Positions 54,570 through 64,000 of a stretch of 64,000 bases of DNA are shown here, piece by piece; the first letter of the stretch is position 1; every line of letters starts with the position of its first letter. The notes below the pieces were generated by a model that saw nothing but the letters and a program-made list of their open reading frames with translations, was not told the DNA's origin and searched no databases. A program made the translations under genes and the position numbers. This stretch comes from Saccostrea cucullata. Taxonomy: Eukaryota. The stretch spans positions 372,001-436,000 of the forward strand of contig NW_026937804.1 in the NCBI RefSeq assembly GCF_032062105.1, read 5' to 3'.

Positions 54570-55330
54570 TATCAATTCAAAATAATCGAGTACAGCAACA
54601 TCTTTCTAAACATTTCATTTTCCTGACCACTCTATTCTTTCAAAAAAGGTTAGCATTTTGAAAAAAAAATATCATCCAACTAACATTTCTTCTTTGAGTA
54701 CGTAGTTACTCCAATCCATCTTGAATATTGCTAGTTCAGGAAACTATAGGCGCTTCCTTTCCATATGATTATTTCATATGATTGCAATCCATATGATTGC
54801 AACAACTACATGAATAGTGTACGGAATCAATAAAGCCCACAATGTGTGCCAAAGGGAATATAATGGGTCTTTTTGAAAAATGCACCAAGACGTATGCTTA
54901 GTCATGGGCATCGATCATACAATAAACCAACTATGCACGGTGTCTCTTTTGATTCACCTCTATATCATTTTAATAAACAATTCAGTATTTATTACATTCG
55001 CTCTAAACTTTATTTGGCTTCCATGACATTTTTAAAAGGTTCATTTAAAGCATCTAAAACAAGTCCATACATAGATTCTTCAAATGCAGAATGCAAGATA
55101 GTTATTGTGATTATATATATGGCCCAGCACAGACACTTTAAGCTACCGCAAATGTCAAAAGATAATTCTGAATCCACTCGTGGGTTCCTAATGCTTAGAA
55201 AGTAAACAAAGAAATAGATGATGTGAACATTTGTAATATTTTTAATCATAAAAAAAGTTAAGTAGTCTTGCATTCCATGATATTTCAAGTTAAAGTCTGC
55301 TACCTGCATTTCCTATTAATATTTCCACTC
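54570..55330 (+). mobile_element. Naiad EN-linker remnant upstream of copy 7
   Basis: Colinear with 37180-37800 and 44010-44560 (CCTGACCACTCTATTCTTTC, CGATCATACAATAAACCAA). Confidence 0.7.
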
Positions 55331-55972
55331 GATAGACAGGTATTTCCGGTTTTTAAAGGATGTACTGAACATGTAACATGTATTGGTCCATGAAAAGTTA
55401 TTTCAGTATATGGGGATGGGCACAACTGGAAAAAATCCTTTTAAACAAATTTAGTAGCTCCCATCCCCCCACACACCTTTTCTTAATTTTAACATGAATG
55501 TAATTATATAGTAAGCAAAAAAAAATATTCATGAATGTAACACTTTTCAGTCGAATCGTACGGATATTTTTGTTATATTGGTAGGACATCATTGAACACC
55601 AGCAATCAGATTTTTGGGGGATCAATTATGGGAACTACCTAGACTTGCTCCAAAGGACTATTTTTTTTTTAATTCTTGTTCCTTTCGGTACATTGCTTTG
55701 TTGTTCCGGGCACAATAGCCTAGTGGCAGAGGGATTGCTGCGTGATCGAGAGGTAGACCTAAGACATAAGGTCACGGGTGTTTTTGACGAGACTTTATAA
55801 ATTGAAGTCGCAGTAGGAGTTAGCATGATAAAAAATCTTCACAGCTGAATGTTCCCGAGTGCCGAGTTTTTCGGTACAATGTATATTGTGACGTTTCTCT
55901 ATGAATGCAAAATTCTCGATTATGAAAAAGAATACATACAATCAATCAAATATTGTCACAATTAAAACATTG

Positions 55973-57702
55973 TCACAAATGATATACTGCGACAGAATAC
56001 ATTAATGGCATGCGTGTGTAGCCATTATTTTCATGGAAATTCACAGATGTTTCATTTTTGTCATCCACACAAGCAAAAACTAATTGTCCGTCCTTTACCA
56101 GTTTCTGAGCAAGTGTCCTTGTGACGACACTTCCCAGTTTGAGCCTTCTGTATTCTGGCTCCACGTTTAACATTCCCAACCTGCCATATTCATGCTGAAC
56201 CTCCCAGGCAACAGGTCTACCGTCCTCAGTTTCAATACAGACTGTTGGTAAAGTATCAATGTGATAACGTATCCATTGCCTCAGGTCTGCGATTTGTTCA
56301 TATCTGTCCCTATGGGGACATGCATTGTATACATTTTCCACGTGAGCTTGCTTTAATTCGGATAACTTGAATCCAGCGGGAACTTTTCTGAAATGTTATA
56401 ATAGTTCAAACAAAACTGGTGTACCAATAAGATACAAACGTGAATTTTTGAAGCCTTAGGCAATGTGCAGTAAATATCATTATTTTATTTAATTGTTACT
56501 AACTAGAACTTATTCTAACTCAACCAAGGAATCTATCTCATCTTTACTTAGTGTGTCCTGAAATTGGGGTGGATATCAATAACCCTATTGTTATTCTATA
56601 GATTGGAATACATGCTTCTTCAAGGCACCTGAACCCACATCTGATGTTTCCAGGAATCGCACCATTCACTATTCGTTTTCTTAACCTGATTAAAAAGGTA
56701 TATCACTGTTCGCTATTTCACCTTCTACATCCTTAGGTTACTAGTAACTTTGATCAGATACTTTAGTTATGGTTTACCCGATAATGTAGCCCTGATAAAA
56801 AAATATTGTCATAAGAGCTAATTCAGTTCGGATCAAAATGTCTTTTTGATTTGCAGTCAATAATGGCAACAATTTTGTAACAAAAAAATCTGCATCCATG
56901 AAACTTGAATCCAGTCTTTTTTTTTTTTTCTTTTTTTTTTGTCTTAAAAAAATTCTTTAAAAAACACACCAGTACCTACTTGGTATAAGATAAATCAACA
57001 TGCCGTAATCCCCATCTTAAACGTAACCTAGATTTTTATAGGGATAAATGATATGCTACAGTTACTTTCATTTTACCTACAATGGCTAAAGGTGATGCTA
57101 ACAATGTTGCAGAATGGCGAAGCAAGTTTTCTAGGGATTGGCAAAAATCAGAACCTTTACAGAAACTGATTGCCCACGTCATAGTCTTCTTTTTCTGTAA
57201 AAAAAAAAAATACTAGTAAATAGAATTTCTTTCAATTTATTTTTTTTTGGGGGGGGGAGGGGGGGTTAAATCTATAAAATATTAAACCAAAATACCTACC
57301 GTGCTATCAACAATAACAACAGCAGAAAAATCTGGCCAGCTGTCCACCAGGACTGTTTTATCGGTCAGTATTCCTCTCCCCAACAATTTGAAGTGGCTGT
57401 AAGCCTTTGAAAGAACATTTCTTATAGGTATAAATTATCCGTCCAATATACTAGGTAGATTATTGGGCAATAGAAAAAGAGTTATAGGAATACGATATAC
57501 CTGTTAATGTCCTGTCTTCATGCTTATGTATAAAATCTGACAAAATCAAGTTTCAGCAAGTGATTAAAAAAAAAGAACAGCATGTAGAAAACATTCATAT
57601 ATAACCAATAATCATACATACACACAAAGAAACTGGTAAGGCGGTCTCCAATTCCTTCTCTAACTTTTCATACTCTGTTGGGTCTAACACCCGAACCGCC
57701 AT
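55973..57702 (-). pseudogene. GLYAT-like copy 8, pseudogene
   Basis: Exons 57702-57622, 57404-57300, 57194-57077 and 56387-55973 are intact. Exon 4 is reduced to ~40 nt (56517-56557), has lost its donor and has an early TAA. Skipping it breaks phase. Confidence 0.85.
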
Positions 57703-58344
57703 CTTGTCCGATTATTTTAGACCCGTGACTTTTATCCTGGATACAGTAGTATCTAAGCTCCCTGTCATTTACGTTCTAATACAAAACTCATTCGGTTCGT
57801 ACATGTACAATATATATGTGTGAATGTCTCGTTATAGGAATCAAATTCACAAGTTGAATAAGTTATCGATTCTTAGATGAGGAAGTGAATAGTCTGAGTC
57901 TTCTTTGCAGTTTTATTATTTATGATACTGCATAAGATATGTACCATTAATTTGCATAATGAGAAAAGGCCGTGAATACGACATCAAACAAATGGCCCTA
58001 CTTCTTGCATTTAATGAATTTTAATCTCGATTATTAAAAGTCACAAAATTTGACACACTCACTTTAATGTTACATTTTCAGTAATTTGTTCCTCAGATTG
58101 ATTCATCGATATTGATAAGTCACTAATTACTAGTGATGATTTAGCATGTAAAATCTTGATTTCATATGGTGGCCCCACGCTACCCCTGGTCATGATTTGA
58201 CACTACATTACCAGGATGCTTCCATAGCAAGGTTTTTTCTACACTTTCTTATGTAAATCGTGATGTCCCATTATAACTCAACCCATCCCTCGGGGATCAT
58301 TATTTTAACAGATTTGAATCTATCTGAGAATGTCCTCATATCGA

Positions 58345-59270
58345 TGAAGGATATGGCGATAACGAACAGTATTCAAGATCAAAGTCCATAAAACAATACA
58401 ACATAAGAGCAAAGCAAACACGGACCTCCAAAACATCAGAGGTGGGATCAGGTGCCATGGAGGAGTGAGCATCCACTGTCGACCGGTCACACCCGCCGTG
58501 TGATCCTTGCGTCATGATCGGGAAATAACGAAAAAATCAATTCAGTGTATAAATAATGGACTAACAATTAGTATGAAAAACGTCAGTCAGCATTTGACTC
58601 AATGATAAATTGTATTTGCTGACAAGGTCAATGTATCGACCGTAGAACTTACGAAATGATGACTTTAAACGATTGAGACTGCTGATATTCTTGTTTCATC
58701 AACTTGCTTGTCAATAATTTACCTCGTTTTAGAAATTGTTCATACGTAGAACATGCTCTTGCGTATCGAATCAACTGAGATATATAAATTCCGTGTGCAG
58801 GTGATGAAGGTATATTGCTGCATAAGTAAGGGAAGTTGACGATAGAAAAGTTAAAGTCATCACGTTTATCATAGAGATTGGTTGTAAGATTACCATTAAT
58901 GCCTTTTTCGAGTAAAATATCCAAGTATGATACAGTTGCGTCAGACTCCGTGGTATCTTTTATCTCAAGCTCACCAGGATATATCGTATCGACATAGGAA
59001 TGGAAATTACCATTGTTTATTGACAATACGTCGTCGATATATCTAAATGTCGAGTTGAAGGTCACAGCAAGTGTTTTTTTTCACGCATAAGATTTTGCAC
59101 AGACTCTGTTTCATATGAATACAATTATAGGTCTGCTAATAACGGAGCGCAAATGGTACCCATGGGAATTCCATTAGATGGTTAGAAGATCTGGTCTCCA
59201 AAACCACATAGATATTGTCAGTCAGAAACTCAAGCATCTTTTTGATGTCAACTTCAGAGTACTTGTGTGT
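58345..59270 (-). mobile_element. Best-preserved Naiad-type Penelope-like RT fragment
   Basis: GIPMGTICAPLLADL, FRYIDDVLSINN, SYLDI, LYDKRDDFNFSIVNFP, SQLIRYARACS. The RT ends directly before the 3' tail, with no C-terminal endonuclease. Confidence 0.85.
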
Positions 59271-60228
59271 GCAATCGTGCAAAATGTGTTTTATCAAAAA
59301 AAAATTTGCAAATGACCAATGGCCAGGTAAGTAAATTTACGTGTTCCATTTTTATTGAAAAAGCAGCCATCAATGATAGCAAAAAAGCCTGGACTTTAAT
59401 TTATCGTGGGGAATTGTTGTGTATAAAGTTGAAAAGTCGTAAGTTTTTAAGCTGTTGATTTTGGTAAAATTTTGTGAATTGTCCAAAAGTTGTAAGAATT
59501 TGGTATCTATTCTCATTTAATGATATCATCAATTAATTTTGTCCAATTCAGAACACAGTAGATGATTTCATCTAATCGCAAACGTGATGTATCATCAATT
59601 TAAAAGTGATAAGATGATATGAATTAATACCCAAACACTATATGGGGGTAGGGTATTTGTATGCTTGTTTTTCCATTGTGTTATCGTACTTATGTATAAC
59701 TTTGAAATTCTTTCTTGTTCAGCATCATTCACGGTTGTTTATAACAAGAAAACTTTGTACAAGAGATCTTCGTCCACGGAGGCCGTCTGTCCGTTAACAC
59801 TTCATGATTGCAATTTCATCACTCTTTTAATAAACAACAATTGAAATCACATGTTTGCTGCATCTACTGCTATAGAAATATTCCAAAAACACCTTTGACA
59901 TGAAGAGATGTGCAAAAACCATTGACAAGAGACGATTTGGGAATGTGCTAATGTCATTCTTCTCTAGAACGGTGACTTTCATGCAGTACAGATAGCCAAA
60001 GTATAACAGGTGAGACATCACAGTAACTTTGTTTCAAAGAGGAAAAAACGCGCACTTAGCATCCCATGTTTGTAGCAGATGCTGAAACCTTTATAGATCA
60101 CACCAAGCAAACAAATCAATTTCTGCCGTGGATTCAGTATTCGTTATAATCTGCTTCACTTTGAAGTCAGACTGTGTCATCACGGGATATCGTCAGCTTC
60201 CCGATCCTCAGATTTCCAATGAGGAGCC

Positions 60229-60466
60229 ATGCTGTACCACTGGCGCACGGCCTCCATTAATCTAAAGCTTGCCTTGGTCTCCCTGACCCTCGCCTTAATT
60301 TTGTTTATTGTCGGATTTAGTTCGATTTACTGGTTACAGATAGAGAGACCTGAGGAGAATTACCTAGATAGTTATGGACTCTGGATACATTACAGGTGTG
60401 AGGACCCCCGGGGATGTCATGAAGATCCGATGAACTCTGTTTACCTGGGTAATAAGGAATGGACAG
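60229..60466 (+). CDS. First coding exon of a PMP22/claudin-like gene (TM1 plus extracellular loop 1); downstream exons not found
   Basis: ASINLKLALVSLTLALILFIVGF resembles ASIPLKVALIVLCLALVVFIIGF of the 12817 gene. W...YGLWIHYRC...C motif. Phase-1 donor AG|GTGAGA. Confidence 0.75.
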
Positions 60467-61669
60467 GTGAGATATTATTACATATTAAAATGGGTAAATT
60501 TGTAAGCAACTAACTTAGTTACACAGAGTGCACTCAAAAAAGGAATGGACAGGTGAGATACTAAGATACTGTTTACCTGGCCAATACTAGTATTCAAAGT
60601 ACGGATGAGATAATATTACATAAACTGAGTAAAAATCGTAAGCCACTAACTTAGTTACACATAATGCATTGAAAGAAGTACAGGATTGACATGTCTATCT
60701 GTTGGAATAATTATGTTAATTTTCTAAAATAAAAATTATCATTAACCTGCTGCGTTCTATGAGTCCTTCATTCATTACGGCGAGGTAAAACCTATTCAAA
60801 GGCTTTATTCCTCATCAGGTTTATTCTTGCTGAAATTGTTCAAAATAATGTCATATGTTCTTACAATGAATCAAGGCGGAAGTCATAGGTTAAGTAAGTT
60901 GAGTGGAAAATATTATAATAGTTTATAATTACAGTAATGTAAATAAGTACACATTCTAATTAGGGTCGATATATTAAACGTGAAATAAAAATTTACATGA
61001 GTTATAAATGTAAAGCTTTTCACCAAGTTATTAATTAATTGTCCCTTAAAATCTACTTGAAATTGCGTGAGCAAATACCAATATTTTGTCAAGTGATCAA
61101 CCTGTTGTTTTGTACAGCAAATTAATAGAGCTAGGTTGTTGGATAAAAAAACAAATAACCATGAAAAAACAGTCAAACTATATATTTAGATGTGAATGGA
61201 TTAATAATATTCTTTTAAATGAAAACTGTGGATCTCGTAATTGACTTACTATAGTATCAAAAATGTTCCTAGTTATGTAAATTTATATTTTATGAGATTT
61301 AATTAAAAATCTAGCCAATACAAGTTGCAATTCCAGTAGAGATTAATCCTGTTATTATTGATTTTCCTTTGATTTCCTTCAGTGTCGTCAATACTGTGAC
61401 TGAACCGTGAAATTCATAATTCAGTAGTGTGTACAATACGGTTAATGATAGCCGTTAATTGAATTCAGTATTCCAGAAATATTCCTGTTACAGTTTACTG
61501 TAAGACTGACTACATGTACTAAATTGTCTTCCTCGTAAAAGTTGATCATGAACACCATTATTCATTTCTGTGATTTTGAAGTTGAAACGCATGTTTTTAA
61601 TTGTAATTTGCATTGCCTAAATATGGTTGAGGTTTAAAACCCTGCAATGAAAAAAATAATGATGGTAAA

Positions 61670-62023
61670 CATAGGCGTCGGAACCGGGGGGGGGGGGGGG
61701 GGGGGCTACTGTATTTTAGATACAGAATAGTTGGCAAATACACCCCCCCCCCCCCACTTTTTTTCCAAATATATACTTAGTATAGACATTGAACATATCT
61801 TCGTAAGTTTAGCCCCCCCACTTTCCACAGATACGTCTTAGTATAGGTTAAAAATGGGGAAAGTGGTGGTGTTTGGAAGAAAATTTTTGGTACTGGAGTT
61901 CGAACCTACACCACCACCACCCCCCTTTTTTTTTGCTTGTCAGTTTTTTTTTTTTTTGGAGGTACAAAAATTTTTTTTTTTACACTTAGCCCCCCCAGTT
62001 TCAATTGGCTTCCGACGCCAATG
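61670..62023. mobile_element. MITE-like element with poly-G/poly-C tracts
   Basis: Termini CATAGGCGTCGGAAC / GCTTCCGACGCCAATG. No clear TSD. Confidence 0.55.
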
Positions 62024-62446
62024 TAAAAATTTACAACAGATAATATGAATATGAATTCAAAATGCTGTTAACATTGTTAAGGATTGAAGTTACAAAAATA
62101 GGTTACAAAGGTTGCAAAAGATCCAATTCATTCAAAGCTACAAACTTTTAAAAAGTTAAGAAGTACATATAAAAAATAATATCAGACAAGCATTTGTTTC
62201 CAATATCTTTTACTTTACGTTCAACCAGATAATGCCTTGCTTAAAAGATTTTCTGATCAGAACTAACAATCGATCAAATGACGTATGTCCTGTAATTCTT
62301 GTGCATCCTGCTGTAAGGAAAAGTACAGAATTCAAAATACACACACGTTTAGCCTTAATCATGTTAATTACTATCTTGTTTATGTTTTGATATGCACAAG
62401 TTGTGGCTCCATCCTGTTGCTTTAAAACAGTCTGGCCGCATTCTCG

Positions 62447-62696
62447 ATGTGTAGTGCTCACTCCAATAGACTTCTTATTGTGGGATGTACATTTCTCGCC
62501 ATCAGCTTCACTTCCGCCTTGGTCGGCATCATGACTTCCGCCTGGGCAGTACACACGTACTCGGATGGACACGGTTTCTCCAGGTCGGTTTCCTACGGAC
62601 TCTGGTATTTTCGGCGGTGTGGAGGATTCCGGATTAGTAAGGAGTGCACCAAAGGCGAACTTGTACAGAAGGATATCCAATATTTTGGTCCTGAAG
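62447..62696 (+). CDS. First coding exon of another PMP22/claudin-like gene, continuing beyond the window
   Basis: Hydrophobic TM1, W...YGLWYFRRC...C motif, phase-1 donor AG|GTGGTA, acceptor-like ACAG at 62430. Confidence 0.75.
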
Positions 62697-63315
62697 GTGG
62701 TATTTTTAATGCAATACACAGTAGTTAAGTTATTTTGAGCATTATGAGGTGATAACTTCCTTACATTTTCTGATTTCTGTATTTGTTCTATTTCTGGAAA
62801 CTGTTTTTTGACACGTGAGTGACTCATGCAATCAATAACAATAAGCTCTGTACTCACTTGTATTCCGCCTGTATTATTGCGCGAGAGGATTGCGGCAATA
62901 TTTTGTCTTATAAACGACAAGAGTGATATCCTTACGCTCAAAATAAAGCTGATCAAACCTACTTAATACAATTTATATTGAAAGATTTCTTAATAAGTTA
63001 AAGATCTATGACATTCCTCTATAATGAGATATACTTAGTCATCACAACATATCCATAGATACGGAAGCGTATTAGTGGCAGGTATAATTTTTAAGTTAGT
63101 ATTTCCAACTTGAAAGTACGTCTGTTTAGTTGGTAATTCCAAAGCTAAAGTTCGTTTTTTCTACCTTCAACCGTGACTTTTAAAGTTTAAATTTGGTAAT
63201 TCTGACTTTTAAAAATTATAATTTTTTAGTTTTTTACTAATTTTGTACAATTATAAAGTTGAGAATAATATTAAAACAAAGCAAAAGAGCTACATGCAAG
63301 GAAAAGGTTATTAAA

Positions 63316-64000
63316 ACAAGAGGCCTATGGGCAACATCGCTCACCTGAGCACTCTAGATTGGAAAAAAGCAGATATCAGTTTATTATTGAAAAGTTTAAA
63401 CCCAAAAGTGGTCTCAACCAATCCTTGAAGGGGAGAGGGTATGAATTAAACAAACTTGAATCTACACTAACTAAGGATACTTATTTCTTTGACTACCTGT
63501 AGAATGCTTCCATATGCATATGACTTATTATGGCTTTGCCATTCTTGAAAAGAAGATTTTTATTACAGAATTTTCCTATATATTTCTATGTAAAACTTGG
63601 ATTCTATGTTATGGCCCCGCCATACCCCATGGGGCCATGATTTGAATAAACTTGAATCTACACTACCTGAAGATGCTTCCATATAAATATGACTAGTCAT
63701 GGCTTTGCTATTCTTGAGAAGAAGATTTTTATTAAGAATTTTCCTATATATTTCTATGTAAAACTCTGATCGGCCATTGTGGCCCCGCCCTACCCTAAAT
63801 ATGACTAGTCATGGCTTTGCTATTCTTGAGAAGCTTTGCTATTCTTGAGAAGATTTTTATTAAGAATTTTCCTATATATTTCTATGTAAAACTTTGATCG
63901 GCCATTGTGGCCCTGCCCTACCCCATGGGGTCATGATTTGAACAAACCTGAATCTACTCTACTTGAGGATGTTTCCATATAAATATTATCATTCCTGCCT
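63316..64000 (-). mobile_element. HINE with ~160 bp satellite units (same family as 3080-4283), truncated by the window end
   Basis: AACAAGAGGCCTATGGGCAACATCGCTCACCTG terminus and repeated TCATGATTTGAACAAACTTGAATCTACACTACCTG units. Confidence 0.8.

Noticed and set aside
58345-59270. Selenoprotein/SECIS or hammerhead ribozyme in the Naiad copies
   Set aside because: No TGA at Cys positions in the readable RT, the ATGA in the tail lacks the SECIS AA spacing, and CTGATGA hits lack hammerhead stems.
61381-61410. Candidate exon 2 for the 60229 gene after a good acceptor
   Set aside because: The phase-1 reading hits TGA after five codons and has no claudin motif.
62210-62956. 248 aa ORF on the - strand
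   Set aside because: No recognisable motifs; overlaps the claudin-like exon in antisense and has a non-ATG start.

Overview
AT-rich, intron-containing animal DNA, most likely a bivalve (oyster-like, inferred from the Helentron-satellite, Naiad and SINE families). Left to right: (1) a 6-exon C16orf89/UPF0764 homologue (+, 1286-7647) with a C-terminal acidic stalk and TM anchor and an apparent exon 3 frameshift; (2) an internally deleted MULE transposon nested in a hairpin-bearing element; (3) a complete 3-exon PMP22/claudin-like gene (+, 12817-14980); (4) a ~39 kb head-to-tail array of eight 5-exon glycine N-acyltransferase-like (GLYAT/GNAT) genes on the - strand plus a ninth fragment. Four copies are intact, one has compensating frameshifts and three are disrupted, and each unit carries co-duplicated SINE and Naiad Penelope-like fossils; (5) two more claudin-like first coding exons (60229, 62447) with no exon 2/3 between them. 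The most unusual recurring pattern is tandem repeats built from splice sites themselves, seen in three different genes. Exon boundaries were derived by hand from GT-AG sites, phase and cross-paralogue comparison. Family assignments come from motif recall, not database searches.
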